Virus record (IMG/VR): IMGVR_UViG_3300027801_000026
Span: 1-57,037 of that record
Length of the DNA: 57,037 nt
Strand: one strand, 5' to 3'
Source: a virus
Taxonomy: Duplodnaviria; Caudoviricetes
A model generated the notes under the pieces. That model was not told the DNA's origin. It did not search any database and worked only from the letters and a program-made list of their open reading frames with translations. Made by a program: the position numbers and the translations under genes. Numbering within the stretch: position 1 is the stretch's first letter; each line of letters starts with the position of its first letter. Below, in pieces: positions 1-10,219 of this stretch.

Positions 1-1140
1 ATATGGATTACCTACAAATTTATTTGAGCTCCATGATGGAGTAGATGTTTCTGTTAATCCACTAATGATTGCTCTAAATACAAGTGGTTTTGCAGCTCCA
101 ATTTTTTTAAACCACAATGGAATAAAATCTTTATATGTTTCTCCTTCAAATTTCATGAAAGCATTATCTTCCATTGTAAAATCATCTACTGGTGATACTA
201 TATTTAATCCATCACCTGTTCCCAAATGATATTCTGTCTTCATTGGGATATCTTTCTTTTTTGTAAATCTGGTATCATCTGTTTCAGGAGAATATCTACT
301 ATTCCCAAGTGAGTTCATTCCGTATTCACGACCGGCTCTATCTCCTTCTTTTCGATTTATACCATATATAGGTGATACTGTTTTTAGTTTTATTCCCGCA
401 TTTTTTATTGTCCCATCTTTCTTTTTCTGTATGCCTCCTAGTTTCGAATTTTTTTCTAATTCCTCTAATGTGGTGGCTATTCTATCAGATTCCTTTGATT
501 TAGAATATGTATTTTCGTTAGAAGTAGATTCTACTGCATAACTTAAATTAGCTTGATTACTTCTCTCCTGTGCACCTTCACCAAATAAAGCACCTCTTAT
601 AATATCCTTAGCTACACCCAATCCTTTTCCAAGAGCTTGTTTACCAATTGTTTTTGGGTTTCCACCACCAGTTTGTTTTAAAAATTTACCAAATTCAGTT
701 CCAGAACCACCATATGCATCTAATGTAACAGGATCAGTAGATTTTAAATCTGTAAATCCCTTATCACCTATTAGTCGAGTCGGTATTGCGTTTGTAGGAA
801 TTCCTAATTTAGAATTTACCTTATCTCTTACATCTTTTATTGATTTTACCTTACCACCAGTTAATTTATCTAATCCTTTTCCTATTAAACCACCATCAGT
901 ACCACTACCCCCAATAGAAGTTGTCATTTCCTCAACATCTGATGTTGAACGATTTGCAATACGTGTGGCTTCGTTACCATAGATAAGTGGGTTGTTTAAC
1001 TCAACAAGTGATTTAATACGAATTCCACTTGTTTCTTGTTCTATTAAAGTTTCAGATTCTTTTTTTACTGCACCTTCTGCTGAACTTCCACCTGGAAATA
1101 ACAATTCTTTATTTTTAAATAATTCTATTATACTTGGCAT
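1..1140 (-). CDS. Partial baseplate / tail-tube-initiator-like protein (runs off the left edge)
   Basis: Not in the ORF track. ATG at 1140 (MPSIIELFKNK...) is in frame with ...FRAIISGLTETSTPSWSSNKFVGNPY at the window edge. Lies directly after the tape measure gene. Confidence 0.6.
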   Translation of the reverse strand, partial: MPSIIELFKNKELLFPGGSSAEGAVKKESETLIEQETSGIRIKSLVELNNPLIYGNEATRIANRSTSDVEEMTTSIGGSGTDGGLIGKGLDKLTGGKVKSIKDVRDKVNSKLGIPTNAIPTRLIGDKGFTDLKSTDPVTLDAYGGSGTEFGKFLKQTGGGNPKTIGKQALGKGLGVAKDIIRGALFGEGAQERSNQANLSYAVESTSNENTYSKSKESDRIATTLEELEKNSKLGGIQKKKDGTIKNAGIKLKTVSPIYGINRKEGDRAGREYGMNSLGNSRYSPETDDTRFTKKKDIPMKTEYHLGTGDGLNIVSPVDDFTMEDNAFMKFEGETYKDFIPLWFKKIGAAKPLVFRAIISGLTETSTPSWSSNKFVGNPY

Positions 1141-1145
1141 AATGA

Positions 1146-4100
1146 TTAGGCTCTATTTAATTTAAACTTGTTTACAGCACTTCGTTCTCCTCTATCCATA
1201 ACTATATTGGTAACCTTATCTTTATCTAAGTAAATATCTCGTTGTGATGTTGTTGCTTGTATTAATTGGTCCAATTTGTCCAACATATTGGTTTCGTATT
1301 CACTCACCGAACCTTCTTCTAATGATGATGTTTCAGAATCTCCAACACTTCCAATTACTCCTAATTCTGCTAATTTTATTAAAGGTGCTGATATTGCTGC
1401 AATTGCGGTCAACATTAATAATCCAGGCAAACCTGCAATTCCCATAAAGGCCATTGATAATCCTAATCCCATTAGTGCACCTGATAATCCTAATAGTGCA
1501 AGTGATAACATAGTTACTGGTCCAATAATTCCAATTAAACCACCCAATGATGTCATTATACTAGATAATCCCAAACCTACTGATTGCATACCCGTTCCTA
1601 ATACATTAAATGCAACACCTAACAACATAGTCGCGAATCCAATACCCATCATAACAGGTACTGCAACTAAACCACTTATTCCTAACATTACCAAACTACC
1701 AGATAATCCAATAAATGCCAATGCCAATGAAGCAATTGCTGCTACTTTTTCTAAAGTTATAACTTCTAAAACAGAAGATAATCCAGATGCAAATGTACCC
1801 ATACTTTCACTCATTGTTGAAACTGCGGATCCAATTGTTCCAAGTGCAGTTCCTGCTAAACTCATTCCTGTTCCCAACAACATCATTGCAAATCCTAATC
1901 CCATTAACGAAGGTAATGCAAATAAACTTGCAATTCCTAATGAGAACAACGATGTGGCTAAACCTAAGAATGAGTAAGCCAATACTCCCATCGCAATTGC
2001 CTTTTCTAAAGTTACAACTCCCAACATTCCTATTAATCCACCAGCCACTGCCGTAACGATGGATGCGATACCTTCAAATGCTCCTTTTATTATATCACCA
2101 AATGCAGATATTGCTGGTGCGGCTAACCCAAGAGCATATGCTAATGGAATCATTGCTGCACCAAATCCTGCTAGTACTAATAAACCTATTCCAATTTGTG
2201 GTAATGCTTTTGTAACTGTTTTTCCAAATGCAGCTAATCCCTTTCCTAATCCTCTTAAACCAACACCGGTTGCAACTCCCATTAGAGATAATGCTAACAT
2301 ACCTGGTATTGCTGCTATCATTGCAACCATACCCAATGCGGTTGGTATTAAATTAAGTGCACCGAAAAGAACTTTTGCATTACCCATTGCTTTTAATCCA
2401 CTAGCAAGACTCTTTAATGATTTACCAGCTCCTCCACCTTTTGTTGCTGCCTTTGTATCTGGAACTTTTACTTTATCAGCTATACTAGATGTTGCTTTAG
2501 ATGTTACCGCAGATGCAGCTTTTCCTCCGAAGAATCCTGCTACTTTCTGAGCTCCTGCTTTAACTATATTTTTCAACCATGCTGCAGATGATTTTACCAT
2601 ACCACCCATATCAAGTCCAAGTGATTTGAATCCCATTCCTAATTGACCTGAAGCAGTAACCATACCACCCAATCCTTTAAGTCCAGTACCAAGGTATTTG
2701 TTTAATCCCATGTTTATGGCCTCACCTGCAGCTGAAAACTTTTCATTGATTACACTACCCAATTGACCAGCATTTTCCATTTTGGTGTTCATCTTCTGTA
2801 GTTCTGCAACAGATATACCTAATAAATCAGCAGTTTGTTTCTTTTGGTAGTAATCCATTTTATTGAATGCATCAATACCACCTAATTGTTTAAGTGTTTC
2901 TTTTACTGCTCCTTCTATATCATCACTATATGCAAGTTCTCTTGCTTTGTTAAGATTAATGTTTTTACCTAACATTGCACCTAATTCTAATTCTTTAGTA
3001 ATAGATGATTCGAAATCAAGTAATCCATCTGCAATTCCACTAAGTGTACTCATATTAACACCAAGTTTAGCAGCATATCCTGCAGCTCTTAGAATATTTT
3101 CACCGCCATCTTTACCGAATAATGCAAATTCTTCAGTTGAATTTGCCAAATCTCCCATCAATTGAGCTGGGATTATTCCATTTTGTTTTGCAAACTCTTG
3201 TGTGGTTTTTGACATATCCAATGACATATCAGTTGAATTTCCATTCAACATTGAGAAGGAATTTATTAATTTAACTGCCTCACCACCACTAATACCCATA
3301 TTGGCAGACATTAAACCTACATTTGCTTGTAATGCAAATGTTGCTTTGTTTGTATCACCAAGTGCTGCACTTAAATCTTTTGCATTAGATACTGCATCAC
3401 CAAATACTAATGATAATACACCAGCCTTTCTTGCAACACCATCTGTTTGGAACATTGAAGTTCCTAATTCAGTATTTGCTTCTCCTATCTTACCAACAAC
3501 TACACCAAGACCTGATATTAAACCACCTACAGCTCCTGTTATGTTACCATATAGAGTTTTAACGGTCATTAATGTACCTTGAATAGTTTTCTTTACACCT
3601 TCAAGTACATCATGTTGGGATTGTATTAAATCTTTTTGTTCAGAACTCATGTTAGCATAATTCTGTGCTAAACTATTCTGTTCTTTTAGGTTTGTTTTTA
3701 TATCCTTCTGTGCTTTAAACCGACCATCTAGTGATTTCATCTGAGTATTGTACTCGTTTGTAAGAGCCTTTCTACCTTCAATATCATCTGCTCCCAATTG
3801 TGAAATACTTCTGTTGATTTCTTGTATCTTAGTTATAGTTCCAAGTTGTTCTTTACTTAGTTTAGTTGCATCACCAAAAGATCCAGTATTTTTTGCAGCT
3901 ATTGATAAACCCTCCTTTTGTAGGTCGTTTAAATTACCATACATAGAACCCATTGACTTGATAGAGCTTTCTTCACCTTTCAATGCATCTAACTTTTCTT
4001 GTCTAAGTTCTGATATTTCTTTTCTAAGTTCTTTTTGTTTTGAAATGAGAGATTCTAACTGCTTTTGCTCTTCTTTAGTTAGCGCAATAGATTTCTTCTG

Positions 4101-4166
4101 AAGTTCAATCTTTTCAGCTTGTACCTTCTTAGCTTCTTTTAATATCTCAGCATCATTTCTTGCCAT
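1146..4166 (-). CDS. Tail tape measure protein
   Basis: 1006 aa, with an N-terminal coiled coil, an Ala/Gly-rich helical middle and many hydrophobic segments. Follows tube and chaperone genes. Confidence 0.85.
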   Translation of the reverse strand: MARNDAEILKEAKKVQAEKIELQKKSIALTKEEQKQLESLISKQKELRKEISELRQEKLDALKGEESSIKSMGSMYGNLNDLQKEGLSIAAKNTGSFGDATKLSKEQLGTITKIQEINRSISQLGADDIEGRKALTNEYNTQMKSLDGRFKAQKDIKTNLKEQNSLAQNYANMSSEQKDLIQSQHDVLEGVKKTIQGTLMTVKTLYGNITGAVGGLISGLGVVVGKIGEANTELGTSMFQTDGVARKAGVLSLVFGDAVSNAKDLSAALGDTNKATFALQANVGLMSANMGISGGEAVKLINSFSMLNGNSTDMSLDMSKTTQEFAKQNGIIPAQLMGDLANSTEEFALFGKDGGENILRAAGYAAKLGVNMSTLSGIADGLLDFESSITKELELGAMLGKNINLNKARELAYSDDIEGAVKETLKQLGGIDAFNKMDYYQKKQTADLLGISVAELQKMNTKMENAGQLGSVINEKFSAAGEAINMGLNKYLGTGLKGLGGMVTASGQLGMGFKSLGLDMGGMVKSSAAWLKNIVKAGAQKVAGFFGGKAASAVTSKATSSIADKVKVPDTKAATKGGGAGKSLKSLASGLKAMGNAKVLFGALNLIPTALGMVAMIAAIPGMLALSLMGVATGVGLRGLGKGLAAFGKTVTKALPQIGIGLLVLAGFGAAMIPLAYALGLAAPAISAFGDIIKGAFEGIASIVTAVAGGLIGMLGVVTLEKAIAMGVLAYSFLGLATSLFSLGIASLFALPSLMGLGFAMMLLGTGMSLAGTALGTIGSAVSTMSESMGTFASGLSSVLEVITLEKVAAIASLALAFIGLSGSLVMLGISGLVAVPVMMGIGFATMLLGVAFNVLGTGMQSVGLGLSSIMTSLGGLIGIIGPVTMLSLALLGLSGALMGLGLSMAFMGIAGLPGLLMLTAIAAISAPLIKLAELGVIGSVGDSETSSLEEGSVSEYETNMLDKLDQLIQATTSQRDIYLDKDKVTNIVMDRGERSAVNKFKLNRA

Positions 4167-4188
4167 TATAGTCTATTCCTAAGTTATA

Positions 4189-4392
4189 TTATTTACTATA
4201 ATCTGCGAAAAGCTTATCCAACTCACGCTTTTCTTTTTCGATTTGTTTCATCTTATCGATTACTACTTTAGGCATACCAGCTTTCTTAGCTTTATCTAAA
4301 TGTCTCCTTGTAGTATTGGTTTTAACACCATCAAAGAAATCTCCGATAAACTTGCTAATACCCAATCCCTCGTTTATGTTTTTTTTAGCCAT
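4189..4392 (-). CDS. Small hypothetical protein (MAKKNINE-G leader)
   Basis: 67 aa ORF preceded by the promoter motif at 4419-4427. Confidence 0.7.
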   Translation of the reverse strand: MAKKNINEGLGISKFIGDFFDGVKTNTTRRHLDKAKKAGMPKVVIDKMKQIEKEKRELDKLFADYSK

Positions 4393-4432
4393 GTGTGAAT
4401 CCTATATATTTGTTCTTATATAAATATAAGAC

Positions 4433-4464
4433 AAAAAAAAAGTGAAGAATTTTACTTCTTCACT
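4433..4464 (-). terminator. Rho-independent terminator
   Basis: Minus strand AGTGAAGAA-GTAAAA-TTCTTCACT followed by a T run, overlapping the stop of 4452..4718. Confidence 0.8.
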
Positions 4465-4682
4465 CTTACATTTGGACTTCGTCCTCCTTTTTTCTTAGAG
4501 GCCTTGTCGTGTTCTTCTTTTTCTTTTTTCTTTGATTCTAATAACTTCTTGAAATAGAAATTTCTCCAATGGATTGGCATGAAGTAAACTTCTGACCAAG
4601 TAAATCCGTTACCATAGTTAACCATTTCCCAAATCTGAGAATGTAGTTGGATACTATAATCATTCGGAAGGGTAAAAAAACC
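4452..4682 (-). CDS. gp51-like / chaperone C-terminal extension, probably reached by frameshift from 4660..5424
   Basis: FTWSEVYFMPIHWRNFY resembles T4-like gp51 / TAC extension motifs. Only a weak GTG start (4718) or an internal Met. Overlaps the upstream gene at GGG TTT TTT T. Confidence 0.65.
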   Translation of the reverse strand, partial: GFFTLPNDYSIQLHSQIWEMVNYGNGFTWSEVYFMPIHWRNFYFKKLLESKKKEKEEHDKASKKKGGRSPNVRVKK

Positions 4683-5424
4683 CAATCCCAAATGGGATGT
4701 CAAGTGCCTCCTGCTCACCGGTTACATCTGATGTGAAGTTGAATGTTAAATCCAAATCAGGTGTAAACTCTTGTATGTACTTCCTAAGAGCTCTCGAATC
4801 TCTAGCAAGTAAACTGTTTTTTACATAATTGTTAATATATCCTCTATCTTCGTTACCATCTACATCTTGAATCATATATCTTAGTCGAGTTGTAACATCC
4901 TGTGATACATTCTCACCTTTAGTTAATCGATTAAGTGCTTGTATTTCAGCATTAATATCAATTTCATCTTTATGTGTTAGTAATCTAAATATAATTTTTT
5001 TCTTACCAAGTGGTAAATCAAACTCATATCTGTTTTCTGAATTTAGATTTTCTTCAGATACTTCCTTAACTTGGACCTTAGAAAGGTCTATGTTAACTTT
5101 TTGTTTTTCTCCTGATGTTGGGTCTGTCATCTCCACTTGATAATCTTTACCATATCCTAAGATACGTGTTGCTAATAAAATAGCATTCTTATCACCAATG
5201 AATATATCACCTACATCAACTCCTGGAGATACAACTACGGATTCGAATAATTTATCAAGTACCACTCCTTTTTTAATAAGATTCTGTGATGCTAAGATAT
5301 CCTCCTCTTTGGCAGTCATATACTTTATTTCAACTGTACCCTTTGATAGTGGGTTTGATTCGGGATAAAGTTTACCCTTAGATGGAAGGTCTATTACCTC
5401 CGTTGGAAAATCATATTTTGCCAT
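4660..5424 (-). CDS. gp26-like baseplate hub / tail assembly chaperone
   Basis: PTEVIDLPSKG...YMTAKEEDIL motif, ends in GFF. Located between tube and tape measure. Confidence 0.75.
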   Translation of the reverse strand: MAKYDFPTEVIDLPSKGKLYPESNPLSKGTVEIKYMTAKEEDILASQNLIKKGVVLDKLFESVVVSPGVDVGDIFIGDKNAILLATRILGYGKDYQVEMTDPTSGEKQKVNIDLSKVQVKEVSEENLNSENRYEFDLPLGKKKIIFRLLTHKDEIDINAEIQALNRLTKGENVSQDVTTRLRYMIQDVDGNEDRGYINNYVKNSLLARDSRALRKYIQEFTPDLDLTFNFTSDVTGEQEALDIPFGIGFFYPSE

Positions 5425-5474
5425 AACTTTGTTTATTTTGTTCGTATATAAATATATAACTTTTAAAAAACGAT

Positions 5475-5504
5475 AAAAAAAAGGCTCTCACTAAGAGAAC
5501 CTTT
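5475..5504 (-). terminator. Rho-independent terminator after the tail tube gene
   Basis: Minus strand AAAGGTTCTC-TTAGT-GAGAGCCTTT followed by a T run. Confidence 0.8.
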
Positions 5505-5529
5505 AATCATTTATATATTGTAATCTTTC

Positions 5530-6018
5530 TTAGAATTCTAAGATTGCGTAATCATACGATAATGTAAGAGTAACTTCTGCTGGGTCATTTGAACTCCAAT
5601 CTAAATCATTAAATACAGCATTGTTTATAAATGCTCCTTTAAGAGTCCATTGTTCAATCTTATCACCAACTGGTCCTAATAGATATATTTGTACATCTTT
5701 CTTATAGAAATCTGCATATCCATCTCTACCTGTAATAGATTCATGTGATGTTCTCACCCATTCCATTACTGATTGAGCTCCACTTGGAACGATTGGGTCA
5801 AATAATGTAATTTCTACATCTTGCCATTCTCCCTTACCTTTTAATTTACGTTTAACGTTAATGTGGTCTAGGGTAATAGTTTCAAACTGAATTGAAGGTC
5901 TATTTGCTGTTTTTATTAAATATGAAGGGATACCATCGATTTCCATGATGAATCTATTCTTCATCTTTGGTTCGAAATTGGTATAAAACATATCGTTAAA
6001 TTCTAATACTTCTGCCAT
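5530..6018 (-). CDS. Tail tube protein (gp19-like)
   Basis: FEPKMKNRF, W..VEITLFDPI, EQWTLKGAF and TLSYDYA motifs. Follows the sheath gene. AAGGAG SD. Confidence 0.9.
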   Translation of the reverse strand: MAEVLEFNDMFYTNFEPKMKNRFIMEIDGIPSYLIKTANRPSIQFETITLDHINVKRKLKGKGEWQDVEITLFDPIVPSGAQSVMEWVRTSHESITGRDGYADFYKKDVQIYLLGPVGDKIEQWTLKGAFINNAVFNDLDWSSNDPAEVTLTLSYDYAILEF

Positions 6019-6072
6019 GTTGTTTATCTCCTTTTATATTAATAAATATAAGGTTTTTTTATTTTTAATTAA

Positions 6073-8439
6073 TTATGCCGTAAAAGATGCCCCAGTCGGT
6101 AAGATGTTGAAATCTAACACGATGAATTCGGCAGTTTTAGTTGGTTGTAAGAAAATCTGTCCAGCCAATATGTTTCTGTCGATTACATCTGGTGTGTTAT
6201 TACTCTCATCCATTACCACCCTAAATGCATACAATCCTTGTCTTTGTTGTATTCCTTCTAAATAAGGATTCACAGTATTTAAGAATTTACCTCTTGTTGT
6301 AGAAGTATTTTGTTCAAATACTAAGTATCTTGATGTAGAAGCTATATACTTCTTAACTTTAATCATCAATCTTCTAACATTGATTCTATCAAGTGCCGAT
6401 GCTTTATCTTGAAGTGTCTTTTGTCCAAATGCTACGATACCTTCTCCAGGGAACTGAGCGATTGGATTAATTTTTCCTTCATATAATTCATCTCTTTCAG
6501 CGTGTGTTAATCTGTTTAGTACAGATATAGCACCTACTATACCACCTCTATTTAAACCTGCTGGTGCAAACCATTCGGCTGCAACTGCATCGTTAGAAGC
6601 ATATATCCCAGGCATCAATACTGATGGTGGAACTGAAATAAGTTTATTTGTTCTTGAATCAATTGTTTTAACCCATGGGTAGTATGTACCTACGTAGTTA
6701 GAATCAATTGCTGCACCTTGTTCGATTGCTTGTGATATAGTATCAGAAGTTGTTTGTGATGTTCCACTATTATAAGTTACACCCACAACGTCTCCGATGA
6801 AGAATGCATCTTCTCTAGCTTCACACATATCAACAACTTTATCAAATACATAAGAATGATGTCTTCTTACGATTCCAGGTACAGATACTAAATTAATATC
6901 AAAATCATCTGGGTTAGATACTGAGTTGATTGCTTTTACATATGCAACAGAACCAACAGAGGTTGAAGTGGATAAATCAAATCCTTGTGAGTTTCCACTA
7001 CCAAAGTTTGCAGATGAACCAGCCAACGCGATTTCAGTAGTTGGAGATATACCATCGAATCCATTTTGGAATCCAACAACAAATTGTCTTTTGTTTATAT
7101 CTTTTGATAAAGAACCAGTCAATTCATATCCAAAGGCTTTAGTACCACCTTTTATAGTTACAGTTCCATCAAAAGCAAATACAGTATTACTACCTTGTGT
7201 TGCTGATGCAGGAATTACAGATAAGTAATTGTTATTATCTATCTTAACTTGTACAGTTTCTAAATCAATACCACTATAAGCAACTGCTTTAGAAGCGTTG
7301 TTTACATCAGAACCAGTAGAGAATATTACTGCAGGTACATCAGATTCAGATAAACTACCACCCATATAAATTGGATTGTAATATTTAGCGTGTGCAAATG
7401 GTCCAGCAACAAGAGGGAATGAACCTTCAGCTGAAGTTTCAACTCTTATATACTTAGAACGATTTGGATAATCACCATTTTCTGTTTGTTTACCGTTTGC
7501 ATCAATTACTAAGTTTCTATCACCAATTACTTTTTTGATGTAGTTAGGAGATGCAGGGTCTAAGTTAACATTGTTATATGTTTCTAATACAGTTTTTCTT
7601 TTATCAGTATCTTTATACTCTCTAATAGCTACTGCGAAAGTTGCGTAATCAGTAGAGTTGTTAGAACCAGCTGGTTTAACGTTAAAGATAGATACTTTAT
7701 ATTCTTTATTATAGTTAGAACCATCACCAAGAGTATGTATCTTGAATAGGTTATGTCTTTCTCCTGAAATCAATTGAGATTGAATCCATGGAGTTGAAGC
7801 GTTTTTAATATCTTGAGTAATGTCTTGATTAGCTAATTCAACTACTTCAAGTCCATCAAATCCTGCAGTAACTTGAGTTGCTGCTTCACTTTCAAAATAA
7901 TTATATACATAAGAACTTTTAATACCTCTTGGGTTTGTTCCGAATACATCACCTAAATCATTTCCCTTAGTAGGGTCAATAGATGAAGATATTACAGAAG
8001 AACCACTTACTGTGATATTAAATTCCGATGAACTTACTGGTCCTTGTGTTAAAGTAGAACTAGCTAAACCACCTACTCCTAAGTGGGTTTCAAATAATGT
8101 TCCTATTACAGTTCCATGTTTTGTTGAATCTGAGCTACTAATTGCTATAGCTACAGGTACTGTTTGTGTGTAACCACCTGTTTGACCGACACGAACAATA
8201 GTTACTGTTCCTGCTTCTCTTAGGTAGTTTTGTACGGTATATCCTGTATAGTAAGAACCATCAGGTGTACCGAAAATCTGTTCGAATTCCGATTGGGTGT
8301 TTACAACGGTTGGTACGAAGGCTGGGCCCTTTTTGAAAGGTCCTATTACAGCTGCTCCTATTTCTCCAATACCTTGTGATAAGAAAGAAAGGTCATTTTC
8401 TCTCGTAAATACTCCAGGTGATACAATTTTTTCTGCCAT
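6073..8439 (-). CDS. Contractile tail sheath protein (gp18-like)
   Basis: SPGVFTRENDLS N-terminus; WFAPAGLNRG, GQKTLQ, DRINVRRL and PTKTAEFI motifs. Confidence 0.95.
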   Translation of the reverse strand: MAEKIVSPGVFTRENDLSFLSQGIGEIGAAVIGPFKKGPAFVPTVVNTQSEFEQIFGTPDGSYYTGYTVQNYLREAGTVTIVRVGQTGGYTQTVPVAIAISSSDSTKHGTVIGTLFETHLGVGGLASSTLTQGPVSSSEFNITVSGSSVISSSIDPTKGNDLGDVFGTNPRGIKSSYVYNYFESEAATQVTAGFDGLEVVELANQDITQDIKNASTPWIQSQLISGERHNLFKIHTLGDGSNYNKEYKVSIFNVKPAGSNNSTDYATFAVAIREYKDTDKRKTVLETYNNVNLDPASPNYIKKVIGDRNLVIDANGKQTENGDYPNRSKYIRVETSAEGSFPLVAGPFAHAKYYNPIYMGGSLSESDVPAVIFSTGSDVNNASKAVAYSGIDLETVQVKIDNNNYLSVIPASATQGSNTVFAFDGTVTIKGGTKAFGYELTGSLSKDINKRQFVVGFQNGFDGISPTTEIALAGSSANFGSGNSQGFDLSTSTSVGSVAYVKAINSVSNPDDFDINLVSVPGIVRRHHSYVFDKVVDMCEAREDAFFIGDVVGVTYNSGTSQTTSDTISQAIEQGAAIDSNYVGTYYPWVKTIDSRTNKLISVPPSVLMPGIYASNDAVAAEWFAPAGLNRGGIVGAISVLNRLTHAERDELYEGKINPIAQFPGEGIVAFGQKTLQDKASALDRINVRRLMIKVKKYIASTSRYLVFEQNTSTTRGKFLNTVNPYLEGIQQRQGLYAFRVVMDESNNTPDVIDRNILAGQIFLQPTKTAEFIVLDFNILPTGASFTA

Positions 8440-8516
8440 TTTATTTTACTCCTTAGTTAATGTGTTGAATATTCATACTCGTATATAAGTATAAATAACT
8501 TTTTCTAAAATATGAT

Positions 8517-8825
8517 TTATACTTCAGATGTTGTTAAAATTTCTTCTTTTTTTTCTTTTTCTTCTGTTGGAGTGAATATGTTAGTAGCTGGATCATAATT
8601 ACCATCACCATATTTGCCATTCAATCCCTTAAACATTGTTTGTTCTTTTTCGACTAAACCTGAATGTTGAGATATTAAATCTTTTTCAACTTGTTCGAGT
8701 TCATCTAGTCTTCTTTTCTTTTCTATTTGAAGTTGTCCTAATCTTGTAAAAAGATTTGCAACATCTTGTCTTAGTTGTTGTACTTCTTGTACTTCTTCTT
8801 TTGTAAACTTAATTGTTTTCGCCAT
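8517..8825 (-). CDS. Small coiled-coil hypothetical protein (possible fibre chaperone)
   Basis: 102 aa with a heptad pattern and a KYGDGNYDP tail. Has its own promoter motif at 8858-8866. Confidence 0.7.
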   Translation of the reverse strand: MAKTIKFTKEEVQEVQQLRQDVANLFTRLGQLQIEKKRRLDELEQVEKDLISQHSGLVEKEQTMFKGLNGKYGDGNYDPATNIFTPTEEKEKKEEILTTSEV

Positions 8826-8896
8826 TTTGATATATTTTTGTTTTTGTCAAGTGTATATATAAATATATAGTTTTTTAATAAACGTTAAATTATTAT

Positions 8897-10207
8897 TTAA
8901 CTAACCGTAAATGTTAAAGTTGCAGAGTATGCACTTACCAAACCATTTGTTGAATATTGTCTTACTCTTGCATATCGTGTACCCGTTCCTATATCAAAAG
9001 TACCACTATCTGTTGTTGTTACAACTGAAGTTGCTGACCATAGTGTTTGACTAACTAATGTTGATGAGAAATCTGAATTATTATCTATCTGTACATCATA
9101 TACATCATTTGTACCATCTCCTGACCAAGAAAGTGTAAGAGTACCATTCGTCCAAGCTAATGAAGTTGGTACAGCACCTGCAGTTTCATCAGTATGTGAA
9201 TTACCACCTTTATTGTGAGTTATATATCCATTAACTAAATAAGTATCATTTGTTTCAACATCAATAGATACTATCTCTGATGTTTGATTTATAATATCAA
9301 TAGATATTACATCAATTTCAGTAATAACACCAGAAACTTCTTTAATTAATTTATCGTTTGTAGTAATGTTAAACATTTCTTTGAATCTATATTCTCCATC
9401 ATTACCATCTTTAACTAACATTGGGTGTTCTGCAGTTGCAGTTATTTCACCATCATTAATATCATAATGTCTACCTGAAAAAGAATATACTAAATTTACA
9501 ACTTCCACATCTTGTGCAGTTGTTGTTAATGAATCGGTTGACCAATCTAAGAAACCACTTTCTTCAGTTCCTAATCCTCCAATTGAAAATCCTCTCAATA
9601 CATCTCCTTCTTCTAAATCACCAACTTCTACAATAGTACCATCTGATAATGTTACAGGTGAATCTATTGTTAAACATAATGCGGTTGAGTTACCATCATA
9701 TGAATCTACAGCATAAACAGTTTTTGTTCTAGCTGAATTGTAATTTGTGGCATGATCATTAAAACCATCTGCAAAAGTTCCACTAAGTGTATGTGATTGT
9801 GCACCTAATAAAGTTGTTTGGTCACTTGCTCCTTGTGGATTTACTCCACCAACTGTAATTACAGCGGATACATCTTGATTTGCAGCAATACTTAAAAAAC
9901 CAGCAGTAGATGCTGAAGAGTTGTAAGTAGGAGTAACTGACCATGTGAAATTTTGATATCTAGATGAAATTGATCCAAACTTAGAACCAGCTACGGTAAA
10001 ACCAAGTGTATAAGTTTCATTTGTAGCTTCAACTGCATAAGTATATCCATCAATTGAACCAACGGTATCGATTCCATAATCATCTAATTTTACAATAGTT
10101 CCTGCTGAACTATTTATTGCGTTTAATGATACATTTGCACCTTGTGTAATACCGGTTGCTCCTGCTAAATTATTTAAACTAAGTGTATCTCCTGAGACTC
10201 TTGCCAT
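8897..10207 (-). CDS. Virion-associated protein with an internal Hint (intein-like) domain and a C-terminal FN3-like domain
   Basis: C178-LTIDSPV..DG block A, TAEHP block B and YLVNGYITHN block G. About 100 aa of beta-rich C-terminus (LSWS...YDVQ...YARVR). Confidence 0.8.
   Translation of the reverse strand: MARVSGDTLSLNNLAGATGITQGANVSLNAINSSAGTIVKLDDYGIDTVGSIDGYTYAVEATNETYTLGFTVAGSKFGSISSRYQNFTWSVTPTYNSSASTAGFLSIAANQDVSAVITVGGVNPQGASDQTTLLGAQSHTLSGTFADGFNDHATNYNSARTKTVYAVDSYDGNSTALCLTIDSPVTLSDGTIVEVGDLEEGDVLRGFSIGGLGTEESGFLDWSTDSLTTTAQDVEVVNLVYSFSGRHYDINDGEITATAEHPMLVKDGNDGEYRFKEMFNITTNDKLIKEVSGVITEIDVISIDIINQTSEIVSIDVETNDTYLVNGYITHNKGGNSHTDETAGAVPTSLAWTNGTLTLSWSGDGTNDVYDVQIDNNSDFSSTLVSQTLWSATSVVTTTDSGTFDIGTGTRYARVRQYSTNGLVSAYSATLTFTVS
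9212..9676 (-). other. Hint domain, 155 aa, Cys...His-Asn followed by Lys (BIL-like, no endonuclease)
   Basis: TGT codon at 9676-9674; CAC AAT at 9217-9212; next codon AAA. Confidence 0.8.
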
Positions 10208-10219
10208 TGTATATCTTTC

